Positions 46,504 to 55,488 of a stretch of DNA of 64,000 bases are shown in pieces (position 1 is the first letter of the stretch; the number at the start of each line of letters is the position of its first letter). This stretch comes from Bryobacterales bacterium (GTDB taxonomy: Bacteria; Acidobacteriota; Terriglobia; Bryobacterales; UBA6623). Below the pieces are notes generated by a model. That model worked only from the letters and a program-made list of their open reading frames with translations. It was not told where the DNA came from and ran no database searches. The position numbers were made by a program, and so were the translations under genes. The stretch lies in assembly GCA_965218615.1 (NCBI GenBank), contig CBDCLH010000001.1, positions 473,447 through 537,446 of the forward strand, written 5' to 3'.

Positions 46504-49189
46504 CAGACTTCCTGACATCTGACCAGAATGAGGTGTCGCGGTTTTCCGGCTAGACAGCGAGTTGCGGGCGGGGAGCAGCGCTCGTAGGATGGTCGTCGGG
46601 CAGGAGTTCGTAGACGAGTCGCAGCGAGGTGCCGGGAAACGCGGTGCGCGTTTGATTGAGTTCGCGGAGCAGCGGGCCTAGGGCGGCGTCCTGGGAGCGG
46701 CTCGCCAGATGCAGCAGCTGCACAGTGAGCGTGCCGGCACGGATATCGGGGACCAGGTTGGCGTCGCTGCGGAACAGCGCCTGCAGCAGCGCGCGGGCGT
46801 TTTCGGGCTTGCCGAGTTCGGGGGCGACCGCGACGGCCATCGCGGTTTCGGCCCGGTAGGCGATCATGCGCAGGGAGTCGAGCAGGTTGCGCAGCGGCTC
46901 GGGCAGGGCCATGAGGCGCTCCTCCGGCGACAGCTCGCCCGCCGGCACGTGCTCGTCGGCGTGCCGGGCCGCATGCTCCAGGCCCTCGATGCAGCGGTCG
47001 GTCGCGTCGATCTCGGAGTGCAGTGCGCGGAGCTTGTCGGCGTGCCCGGCACTGGGCCGGGCCTTTTCGCGGGCCAGCTTGCGGCGCAGGTTGCCGACCT
47101 TGTTGCGGAGCTTGTCGAGGGCCTTGCGGATCAGCCGCCAGGCGGGGTTGACCACCCGCGTGTGCGGCTCGACGGGCAGCAGCCCGCGCTGCGGCAGCGC
47201 ATCCAGGCCGAACTCCTCCTTGAGGTACTTGAAGACGTTCTCCTGGGCCCAGCGCGAGCGCATGAGCCCGGCGACCTGCGCCGCCGACAGGCTCGGGTGC
47301 GTGGTGATGACCGACGGTTGGCGCTGGCCGGCGGCGGGCCGGCCCGCGGCGGGCACGGGCTCGCGCGGCTGGCCGCTCTTGCCCGGCGGCTGCAGGCGCC
47401 GGTCGATCCAGAAGCGCACCTCGCGCGCCTCGCAGCCCGGCAGCAGGGGCGCCTTGCGCTCGGCGACATGCGCCTCGAGCATCGCCGCGCCCAAGGGCGA
47501 GCGCACGGTGACGCGCTCCGGGCGGAACTCGCTGTCGGGCCAGCGCTCCGTCTGCGCGCCCTTGCGCCAGGTGATGCAGGCAATGCCCTTGGCGGCCAGC
47601 CAGCGGAACAGCTGCGGGCTCCAGCCTTCGCGGTCGAACACCAGCGTCAGGTGAGGCTCCGCCGCCGCGCCCGCGGCGGGCGCCAGCAGGCCGAGCGCCT
47701 CCAGTTGCGGCACGATGCCGTGGCGGATCTCGGCCACCATTTGCGGATCGACCTGCTTGTGGATGCACAGCAGGGGCGCGCCGCCGAGCGCGTTGAGCCA
47801 GTAGCCGGCCGCGGCCGGCAGCTGCAGTTTCTGGCGCGCGACGAAGTGCTTGGGCAGGTTGGCCTTGCCGCTGTAGAGCTTGACATGGCCATCGACGAAC
47901 AGCGTGGCGGCGGTGGCGGGATCGTCCGCGGCCCACTGCCCGGCCAGGGCCGCGCGCCAGGCGTGCAGCGCCTCGGGGTCGGCGGCCAACTGGTCCAGCT
48001 TGCGCCGCAAGGTGCGCGCCTCGGGGCAGCGGTCCAGACCCAGCAGGGCGCCCCATTCGCCGGGCTGCTCGTAGCGCAGGCGCTCGGCGTTGCGCACGCG
48101 CGCCAGGAACATGAAGGCCAGCAGCAGCAGCACGGAGCGCAGGCCGTAGAAGCCGGGCGGCATGTGCAGCAGGCTGGCATGGCGCAGCAGGCCGGCCTGC
48201 AACAGCGCCGGGACGGCCGTCAGCACGCCACCGTTGGCAACGGTCGCGGTGGCTTCGAAGCTTGGCAGCCGCTCGGCCAGCAGGCCGAGGCTGGCCGCGA
48301 CGCGCCCGCCAACGTCCCGCGCCGCCCGGCCCATCGCAGCGGCCGCGTCGCGCCGGTTGCGGCCGGCCTTGTCCACGCTGCCGGGCGGGCTGCCCGCGGC
48401 CGGCTCGGCGGGAATTCCCGCGCCGCTCGCGCCGCGCGCCCCGCCGGATTCCAGACCCGCGCCAGCAGCCTCGGGAACGTCTGCCGCCAAGTTCCCGGCT
48501 GGCTCGGAGAGGCCCGCTCCCGCGGCCGCTTCGGCGACCACTGCCCGCCCGCTCTCGCGCTGCGCCGCGATCCCCGGCAGCAAGCCCTCGCGCTTGTACT
48601 GGCGCAGCGTCTCGAAGCACAGCTCCAACTCCCGCGCCACGCCACGCAAGCTCGCGCCCCCTTGCAGCAGCTCCGCCGCCCGCGCCAGCACCGCCGGGTC
48701 CTCGATCCCGTGCCGCCGCCGCGGCTGGCGCGGACGCCCGAAGCTCGACTCCCCCTCCCGCTGCATCCGCAGCCGCGCGCGCGTCACCGTGCGCGCGCTG
48801 ATCCCGAGCGCCTGCGCCAATTCCGCCGCTGTCGCCACGCCCCACGTCAGGAAGCGCGCCAGGCAGCGCGCGCGCGCCGGGCGATCGCCTTGCAGGTAGC
48901 AGTCGCACACTTGCAGGTACAGGAACCAATACACCTGGCCGCTGTCCTCCAGGAAGCTCAGCTGCGCGTTGACAGCGGTCGCCTCCGGCGGCTGCAGGGA
49001 CAGGGCCGCGGGCAGTCCGGTGGGTCGCGGCAGGGCCTCGCTCGGGCTTTCCATGGACATATTATAACAGTCAAAGCGGGTCCGGCGCAACCCCAATTGG
49101 CACTTCGGAAACGACTAAAACTCTATGAACCGTAGGAACTTAGGCTGACCTACCCTGTCTGGCCATCTCGGCCGATGTAAGGAAGTCTG
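46504..49189 (-). mobile_element. 2686-bp insertion sequence with 20-bp imperfect terminal inverted repeats, IS4-superfamily-like
   Basis: The left end is CAGACTTCCTGACATCTGAC. The reverse complement of the right end is CAGACTTCCTTACATCGGCC (17/20 match; 20/24 when extended). It has a 5-bp TSD and one large transposase ORF. G+C is about 75-77% in spot counts, well above the flanks. Removing the element restores ...ELAKQELNYARESVDVLLAQ... in TolC. Confidence 0.8.
46550..49096 (-). CDS. Large (848-aa) DDE transposase with an N-terminal HTH region
   Basis: HTH-like stretches (GVATAAELAQALGISARTVTRARLR; ASLRGVARELELCFETLRQY). The C-terminal part has RSRWAQENVFKYLK, which fits the IS4-superfamily R-x3-E-x6-K signature. 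An alternative start is MSMESP at 49060. Confidence 0.75.
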   Translation of the reverse strand: MGLRRTRFDCYNMSMESPSEALPRPTGLPAALSLQPPEATAVNAQLSFLEDSGQVYWFLYLQVCDCYLQGDRPARARCLARFLTWGVATAAELAQALGISARTVTRARLRMQREGESSFGRPRQPRRRHGIEDPAVLARAAELLQGGASLRGVARELELCFETLRQYKREGLLPGIAAQRESGRAVVAEAAAGAGLSEPAGNLAADVPEAAGAGLESGGARGASGAGIPAEPAAGSPPGSVDKAGRNRRDAAAAMGRAARDVGGRVAASLGLLAERLPSFEATATVANGGVLTAVPALLQAGLLRHASLLHMPPGFYGLRSVLLLLAFMFLARVRNAERLRYEQPGEWGALLGLDRCPEARTLRRKLDQLAADPEALHAWRAALAGQWAADDPATAATLFVDGHVKLYSGKANLPKHFVARQKLQLPAAAGYWLNALGGAPLLCIHKQVDPQMVAEIRHGIVPQLEALGLLAPAAGAAAEPHLTLVFDREGWSPQLFRWLAAKGIACITWRKGAQTERWPDSEFRPERVTVRSPLGAAMLEAHVAERKAPLLPGCEAREVRFWIDRRLQPPGKSGQPREPVPAAGRPAAGQRQPSVITTHPSLSAAQVAGLMRSRWAQENVFKYLKEEFGLDALPQRGLLPVEPHTRVVNPAWRLIRKALDKLRNKVGNLRRKLAREKARPSAGHADKLRALHSEIDATDRCIEGLEHAARHADEHVPAGELSPEERLMALPEPLRNLLDSLRMIAYRAETAMAVAVAPELGKPENARALLQALFRSDANLVPDIRAGTLTVQLLHLASRSQDAALGPLLRELNQTRTAFPGTSLRLVYELLPDDHPTSAAPRPQLAV

Positions 49190-49194
49190 AGTTG
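49190..49194. repeat. 5-bp target-site duplication AGTTG, right copy
   Basis: Direct repeat of 46499-46503. Confidence 0.7.
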
Positions 49195-49892
49195 AGTTCC
49201 TGCTTCGCCAACTCGTTGCGGTGTTCGGCTTCCCGCAGCGATGCGTAGGCCCGTCGTCCCTCCAGCTCGAGGGCTGTCCCCTTGGCGCTCTGGCGCAGTT
49301 GGAGTTCCCGCTCTTCCAGCCGCGCCCGGGCCACACGCTCAGCCACTCCCCGTCCGGTGAACAGGGGAATCTGCAATGCGACGCCTGCCTGCCAATTGTG
49401 TCGTTGGAAGCGACGGAAGTAGTCGTCATAGTTGTTGAAGCGCGCCAGCATCGCATACTGGCCGACGATGTCGAGCTTGGGATAACGCCCCGAACGAGCC
49501 TCCCGCGCCCGCTGGCGCGGCGCGAGGATCTGAGCCTGGAGCGCAGCTAGCTCGGGATGCTCCTCGAGAGCTCTCCGCTCCGCTTCGGAAACGCTTGCCG
49601 GAAGCTCCCAGCTTTCGGGCCCGTGGGCCGGAAGCGGTTGCAACCGCAGGTCCGTCCCTAACCCCAGTACACGCCGAAGGTCCGCTTCGAACAGCTCGTA
49701 GTCCGATTCCGAAGCGTGCAGCCGCTCCTTGGCCCGCGCGAGGTCGAGCTGGGCGCGCGTCAGCTCCAGAGGAAGCTCCAGGCCCTCTTCGACGCGTGCC
49801 GATGTAAGCTGCTCGATCCGTTCGAAATGCCCCAATTCGCGCCTCAACCGCTCGCTGTTTCGCCAAGCCAGCTCGAAGTCGAGATACAGAAT
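49190..49892 (-). pseudogene. TolC-like outer-membrane efflux protein, central fragment (N-terminus deleted)
   Basis: ...ILYLDFELAWRNSERLRRELGHFERIEQL...LDLARAKERL...PKLDIVGQYAMLARFNNYD...NWQAGVALQIPLFTG...ELAKQELN. The ORF-track tail SDFLTSAEMARQGRSA* is IS-derived read-through. Confidence 0.7.
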
Positions 49893-49896
49893 GCCG

Positions 49897-50403
49897 GAAC
49901 AGCTTCGTGGCCAACTGCGGAGTGACCAAGCAGACGCGAGCCCGCGCCCGGACGTCTCCGCGCTCCAGGAATCGGCCTACGTGGATCTCGAGGTTGCGGA
50001 CGGACCGGTATGCCTCACTGGAACCCAGGACGCGAACCTGCAGAGGAAGACCGTCAACCACAATTGAGTCCCACGTGCTCATGACTGCGGCGACGGACGC
50101 GGCCAGAGGACCGAGACGCGTGCGCACGGCATCCACATCGGAGAGATCGATGTAATCCGCCTCTGCAGGCGACACATTGCCGCCAGCCTCGTAGTAGGCG
50201 TATACCAAGTTCGACCCGACGCCTTCGATTTGGCTGAGGACGAACTCGCTTCCGGTCGCAACCACGCTCGCAACGAGCACGACGGCGGCAACGGCCGCCG
50301 CCATGCTCGCGCCTGTAAGAAACGACCGCAGCCTGTGGACCCGGAGCGCATCGAAGGCGTATACCACGATCTCGCGGTAAGCCAGAGACGGTTTCCGCTT
50401 CAT
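49897..50403 (-). pseudogene. MacB/FtsX-type ABC permease, N-terminal 169 codons only
   Basis: MKRKPSLAYREIVVYAFDALRVHRLRSFLTGASMAAAVAAVVLV (TM1), then a periplasmic MacB_PCD-like domain up to ...VCLVTPQLATKLF. The FtsX TM bundle is missing, and the sequence abuts the TolC fragment at about 49893-49897. The ATG overlaps the upstream stop (ATGA). Confidence 0.65.
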
Positions 50404-51188
50404 AAGGTCCGCAGAAGCTTGCGCACCTCGGAGGCGGGGTCGGAGTCTGGGTTCCGGTCTGGACTCGCTAGGTAGCGCTCCAGCAGTTGACGGGCTCGGG
50501 CGTACAAGGACTGGCGCCGTACCTGGATCCATGCCTTGCCGGCGGCGAGCCAGACCTCGGGATTACCAGGGTCCCGCGCGAAGGCCTCCTCGAATAGCGC
50601 GTCGCTCTCTGTGTGCAAACCGCAGCGCGCAAGAAATGCGGCATGGCTGAGTAGGTGTCCTGTGTCCTCAGAATCGAGCGTCTGAGCCAACGCGTACTTC
50701 TCGCCAGCGCTATCAAGGTCGCCGAGGCTCTCGTCATAGGCCGCCCAGGCTCGCGCCCCGCGAGCTGCATCGAAGCGCTCGATCTTGCTGGCAAGGTCCC
50801 TCGCTTGCGTCTTGTCGCCGCCAACGAGGCCGGGCGCTTCGAGATGAAACCGGTGTAGAGATTCGAGCGCCTCGACGTTGGTTCGGTCCAGCTCGATCGC
50901 CTGCTCGAACAGCTGCCGCACTCGCTTCGCCAGGGAGAACGCGCCGAGACGACGCAGTCCACTCATGCGCTCGGCGCGTCGGCCTAGAGCACGGCCCAAC
51001 CAGAGCGTGTAGGTCGAGTTGGTGGGATCGAGGCTCAGCGCCCGTTCGAAGGACTTTCGGGCCTGCGTGTACTGTTCGGAAGCATACAGATTCAGCCCTT
51101 CCTCCCAGTCCTGCATACCTGGGGGCCTGGCGCTTGCGAGGACCGTCGCGAGGCCGATCAGGATTGCGAGCTGCGCCCCGTTACTCAT
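50400..51188 (-). CDS. Secreted TPR-repeat protein
   Basis: Signal MSNGAQLAILIGLATVLASA, then TPR-like helices (YTQARKSFERALSLDPTN, LFEQAIELDRTN, LFEEAFARDPGN). The start overlaps the HlyD stop (ATGAGTAA). Confidence 0.6.
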   Translation of the reverse strand: MSNGAQLAILIGLATVLASARPPGMQDWEEGLNLYASEQYTQARKSFERALSLDPTNSTYTLWLGRALGRRAERMSGLRRLGAFSLAKRVRQLFEQAIELDRTNVEALESLHRFHLEAPGLVGGDKTQARDLASKIERFDAARGARAWAAYDESLGDLDSAGEKYALAQTLDSEDTGHLLSHAAFLARCGLHTESDALFEEAFARDPGNPEVWLAAGKAWIQVRRQSLYARARQLLERYLASPDRNPDSDPASEVRKLLRTL

Positions 51189-52398
51189 CGACGTTCCCGG
51201 CTTCCATCCGGATCCAGATTCTCTGGCGCTCCGCAAGGGTCTTGTCATCCGACACCAGAACGACCTCCGACGACGCCAAGCCCCGCTTGATTTCGACATA
51301 GACTGGACCCTGAACCCCCAGCTCCACCTGCCGCCGGACCGCCGAGCCACCTTCCGCAGTCCAAACGTGCGCTTGGTCGCCGCTTCGCAGGACCGCAGCC
51401 CGCGGGATGCTGAAGACCCGCTGAGCTCGCTCCGTGACGATCTGCACTCCTACCGCAAGGTTCGGCAACAGGAGCCGATCTGGATTCTCGAGCGTGCAGA
51501 GGACTTCTCCAACGCGGCGCGGGCCCAGGTCGATGATCTCGGTAGCGAGCCGGTCGATCGTGCAGCCCCACACGCGCCCAGTGTAGGGATCGGACGTGAT
51601 ACGCGCCAAACTGCCCCGCGCAATCCGGCCGAGGTCAGGTTCGTCGACGAAGATACGCGCGTGGACCTGCCCGATGTCGCCGATCCGAGCAACGAGTCCT
51701 CCAGCCTACAGGTAGTCGCCCTCCGCGACTGCCAGCGAATAGAGCGTGCCGGCGCGCGGCGCGCGAACGGTCCTTTGGCCGAGGTCCTGTTCCGCCTTCC
51801 GTAGGGCAGCCTCAGCCTCCATCTTCGCCGCTTTGAACGCGTTGCGCTTGGCTGCCGGACCCGGCGCCGCGAGCTGGACGTCCAGCGCCCCGATCTCGAC
51901 CTCCAGATCGTTGAGGCTCCTCTGCTGCAGTTCCAGTTCGCTGCGCGGCACGGCATCACGGGAAACGAGGCGCCCGAGGCGCTCGACTTCTCGCGCCGTG
52001 CTCTTGTGTGCTGCCGCCAGTTTGTCCCTTTCAGCTCGCAGCACGGCTCGACGCGAGGGCTCCAGACCCTCGTCCAACAGAGCGAGACGCGCCCGAGCGG
52101 CCTCGAACCGTGCATGCGCTTGAGACCTCGAGGACTCCTGGCCTGTATCCGCCAATCGCAGCAACTCCTGTCCGCGCGTGACAGCGTCTCCGCGCGCGAC
52201 CAGCAGGCGTTTCACACGCCCCGGCGTCGAGACATGCACGGCTGCTGAACTCGAGGCCTCGATCCGACCATTGGTGGTCAGCGTTGTCTCGATGTCACGC
52301 AGAACAGGCGTGGAGCCAGCCACTTCCACTGACGGATCCGCACAGCCCTGGGCCAGGAGGAAGCACCACGTAGTCAAGGCGACCGAGATTCTCGACAT
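51181..52398 (-). pseudogene. HlyD/MFP-family periplasmic adaptor lipoprotein with an in-frame TAG (51706-51708)
   Basis: ORFs 51706-52398 and 51181-51609 share one frame. The junction reads ...LYSLAVAEGDYL*AGGLVARIGDIGQVHARIFVDEPDLGRIARG.... Lipobox LLAQGC, and a coiled-coil hairpin in the N-terminal half. Confidence 0.75.
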
Positions 52399-52407
52399 GC
52401 GATCCCG

Positions 52408-53205
52408 CTAAGGCGCCGCAGCGGGCCGATGGGAGAAATCCCACGCGCGAAGGTTCGATTCCCCGGGGGTATATTCGATCACCGCATACTCACCAGCGGC
52501 AAGCGGGTCCGTGGGCCAGATCTTGTAGACCAGAGGGGCCAATTGCTGCCGGAAGACTTCGACCGCTTCCTGGGCCTCGAACTCTTCTTCCGCTCTCGGC
52601 ACCGTGTAGATGTACTGCACAACCCTCCTGTTCCGGCCTTTCTCCGTCTTCGCGCGCGAGATTCCGAACCTGGAGAACCGATCCAGACGCAGGTAAAAGA
52701 CGGGCTTCTCGTCCGTCGTGACCATCTTCGCGGAGAGCCCTTCGACCGCGATCGTCTGCTTGCCGGGCATCACGGGCACCGGCGCAATGACGTTTAGAAC
52801 CGTGCGCTTCTTGCTTGTGCCGACCATAAAGGTCGCCTGCTCCAGCGGCTGGCGCTCGTCCCCGCGCACGTAGTAGACCCCATCGTCCAACGGCACCCGA
52901 TGCAGTTCCGTCCGCGCTCGTCGTTCGGCGATGCGCTCCCGGCGTTCCTCCTCCTCCCGTGCTCGAGCCGCTTCTTTCTGGCGTTGATTATGCTGCCGGG
53001 TGCGATCCAAATCGACGATATCCCGGGGCACTTCCTCCCACTGCCCGCGCTCTGCGCTGAAATAGCGGACGAGCTGGTCCATGACCTCGTATTCGCGTAC
53101 GTTCAGGCGCGTGCCGTCCGTCAGGAACAGGGCCAGCTGTTGAGCCTGCAGGAGAACCGTCAATGTGATCACGGCGAGTCCGGCGCCAAGGATTCGATTC
53201 CGCAT
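52408..53205 (-). CDS. Hypothetical secreted protein
   Basis: MRNRILGAGLAVITLTVLLQAQ signal, then a charged RQKEAARAREEEERRERIAERR stretch. It ends 10 nt upstream of the HlyD-adaptor start. No family recognised. Confidence 0.45.
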   Translation of the reverse strand: MRNRILGAGLAVITLTVLLQAQQLALFLTDGTRLNVREYEVMDQLVRYFSAERGQWEEVPRDIVDLDRTRQHNQRQKEAARAREEEERRERIAERRARTELHRVPLDDGVYYVRGDERQPLEQATFMVGTSKKRTVLNVIAPVPVMPGKQTIAVEGLSAKMVTTDEKPVFYLRLDRFSRFGISRAKTEKGRNRRVVQYIYTVPRAEEEFEAQEAVEVFRQQLAPLVYKIWPTDPLAAGEYAVIEYTPGESNLRAWDFSHRPAAAP

Positions 53206-53738
53206 GACGGCTTCGCAGGAAGTTCCCTCAATATACTCCGAGGACCGCGGTACGGAGAGGGCGAACCGCTTGGGCAATTTGATTGCGCAGGATCCGTGCA
53301 TGCACAGGACAGGCAGGACTCGAATCGGACCTGATCCCGCCTGAGCTGGGCGGAGCAAGCGAGATGCGGAATCTCGGGCCGCGACCCTAGCGAGGGAGTC
53401 CTTGGAACGTCCATACGAAAGACGCACTCGAGAACCGCCTCGTGCGCCTTGTCTGCGATGACAAGATCCCCTTCGAAACGGCGTAGCAAGAGCTTGCAAC
53501 CGATTGAGGCCGGGCGTGCAAGCGGACCTGTCGTACAACCGAGACGCTGATCGAAACTGAAGTAGGGCTATGCGGCTCCGTGGTGGAGCGAGTCACCCGG
53601 CGCCCTTCCCAGTGGCGGTCCCCGACACTACACCCTTGAGGGTCTCGGCCGCGCGTTTATTCCGTGGACCCCTATCTTGCCCCCAGCAACGGAGATGCCT
53701 CAAGGAGATGGCGATTCAGTTGGTCGGCCTCCGTACAC

Positions 53739-53773
53739 TTGCAACGCATTTTTTGGCAAAAAATATGTTGCTA
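53739..53773. promoter_or_regulatory. Operator-like inverted repeat TTGCAAC-N21-GTTGCTA
   Basis: The arms match 6/7, with a 21-nt spacer containing T6-GGC-A6. It has the same arm sequence and spacing as the element at 54147-54185. Confidence 0.3.
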
Positions 53774-54129
53774 TCTGATTGATCCAGGGCGCCAAGTATG
53801 CGCGGCAGGCATTTGGAAATACAAGCGTGACCCCTCCACCAAAGGCGCTTGCATTCGAAGGCTCGGGAGACGCGACAGCAAGCGCCCCAAGGTCATCTCC
53901 GAGGGACGGTACCATACGAAGTCCTGTCAGTCGTGCAAGGCCTCCCAAAAATATCTGTAGAATCAGTGTCTTGTGACCTATTCCATTTTCTTAGTTACCG
54001 CCCGCGCAAGGATGAAACCAAGGTCGGACTGGCTGCGATAACGAGAGCCTGCACCGTAAGGAAGCGTTCTGTCGGGTACCCACCTGACCGTCCGGAATAG
54101 CGTAGCGTCTTGCGTGGATTGATTCAAAC

Positions 54130-54158
54130 TTGACATGCGGTCGTCTTTTTGCAACAAT
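54130..54158 (+). promoter_or_regulatory. Sigma-70-like promoter candidate TTGACA-N17-AACAAT
   Basis: A perfect -35 hexamer lies at 54130-54135. A 4/6 -10 lies at 54153-54158, about 70 nt upstream of the ATG at 54227, in the most AT-rich stretch of the window. Confidence 0.3.
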
Positions 54159-54185
54159 ACTGATGGCATCGGATCCGTTGCAAAA
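54147..54185. promoter_or_regulatory. Operator-like perfect inverted repeat TTTTGCAAC-N21-GTTGCAAAA with a nested GATG-G-CATC centre
   Basis: The 9-bp arms are perfect. A concentric inner palindrome is centred at 54166. The element overlaps the putative -10 and lies 42 nt upstream of the ATPase start. Confidence 0.4.
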
Positions 54186-54226
54186 TACAGGCGAGTTGCG
54201 GTGCCGACGCGGAAGAGGTCGATTTC

Positions 54227-55357
54227 ATGTTGAGGCACGCTGGGTCGAACTGGGTTGACGGCGACCGCTTCTTTGACCGGGAATCCGAGTTGCGAGCGCT
54301 TGAGCAGCGAGTCCGCAATGGAGTGCACACGCTGCTGACAGCCCAGCGTCGGATGGGAAAGACAAGCTTGGTCCGGGAGCTCTTCCGCCGGTTCAAGGCG
54401 AGCGGAGACTACCTGCCAGTCTTCGTTGACCTTGAAGCAGCGCTCTCTCCAGAGGATGCGATCGCTGAGATCGGAGTCCGGTGTCGGTCGGTCCAAGGCG
54501 TTTGGCGCACCGTTCGAACTGCCTTCGGGAGACTAGCCGACAAAGTGGATGAGCTTGGCGTCTCGGACCTGAGGATCAAGTTCCGATCTGAGGTCGATGC
54601 CGCGAATTGGCCACACCGCGGCGACGAGCTGTTTGCGATTCTGGCCAGCAGCCAAGAGCGCACGGTGCTCGCGATTGACGAGTTGGCGATGCTCGTCACG
54701 AAGATGCTCAAAGGCAACGACTTCGAGGTTACGCCGGAACGACTGGGCGCCACCAATCATTTCTTGAGTTGGCTTCGCAAGAACGGACAAGCCCATGCAG
54801 ACAAGATTCCCATGATCGTGTCTGGCAGCGTGGGCCTCCAACCGATTGTGTAAGAAGCCGGTCTCAGCGCCAACCTGAACATCTTCTCTCCCCTGGAATT
54901 GAAGCCGTGGACCGAGGAAGTCGCAAGGGAGTGCCTCAACGAATTGGCCATCACAGACGAAATCTCTCTTTCAATCGATGTGCGACATGAGATGTGCCGC
55001 CGTCTGCGCTGCTGCGTACCCCACCACGTAGAGCAGTTCTACTTCTACCTTTTCGAGGAGCTGAGACGCCGGGAGCAGACAGAGGCTGACTTGGGCGATG
55101 TCGAACGGGTCTACCGTGACGAAATGCTAGGCATTTCGGGGCAGGTCGACCTGAATCATTACGAAACCAGACTGAATGCGGTATTGGGTCCCAAGCGGTA
55201 TTGGGTCGCCCGTGAACTCCTTACGGAGGCCGCCGTCAATGACGGAATCCTCCGCGACGAATCCGTCAGGCGGTTTATCGATTCGCTCAGAAGTTTGCCC
55301 AGCGCTTCACTGGAAAACGTGCGAAACGTGCTCCGTGTGTTGGAGCACGATGGGTAG
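54227..55357 (+). pseudogene. Arch_ATPase-like P-loop NTPase with an in-frame TAA (54851-54853)
   Basis: FFDRESELRALEQRV, Walker A AQRRMGKTS, Walker B VLAIDEL. ORFs 54227-54853 and 54899-55357 are in the same frame. The junction reads ...IVSGSVGLQPIV*EAGLSANLNIFSPLELKPWTEEVA.... Confidence 0.7.
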
Positions 55358-55488
55358 CTAGCCAGCGAGCCCGGCGGGTATCGATTCGTGTCAGGCCTGG
55401 TGGAGGACTGGTGGCGCAAGAGTCATGGAGGGTTCTTTATTCCATTCGCTGATCGAGTCGGATCGAGGAGATAGTCGTTGTAACCGCC

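Noticed and set aside
46368-49135. Very long ORFs in other frames and strands over the GC-rich IS (853 aa at 46368-48929 minus, 808 aa at 46709-49135 plus, and many of 140-290 aa).
   Set aside because: They consist of Arg/Ala/Gly/Pro-rich low-complexity translations typical of off-frame reading of ~75% G+C DNA. Only the 46550-49096 frame shows HTH segments and a YREK-type transposase box.
52449-52470. GGTTCGATTCC string resembling a tRNA T-loop.
   Set aside because: The flanking bases cannot form a T-stem (GAAGG against CCCCG). No acceptor or anticodon arms can be drawn, and it lies inside a coding region. I found no supportable tRNA in the window.
4241-54853. Possibility that the in-frame TAG/TAA codons reflect stop-codon reassignment or pyrrolysine.
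   Set aside because: TAG (for example 3018 and 5255), TAA (51181) and TGA (142, 19114) all terminate well-conserved genes at their expected ends in this window. The interrupted genes are all accessory genes, and no pyl genes or PYLIS-like context are visible.
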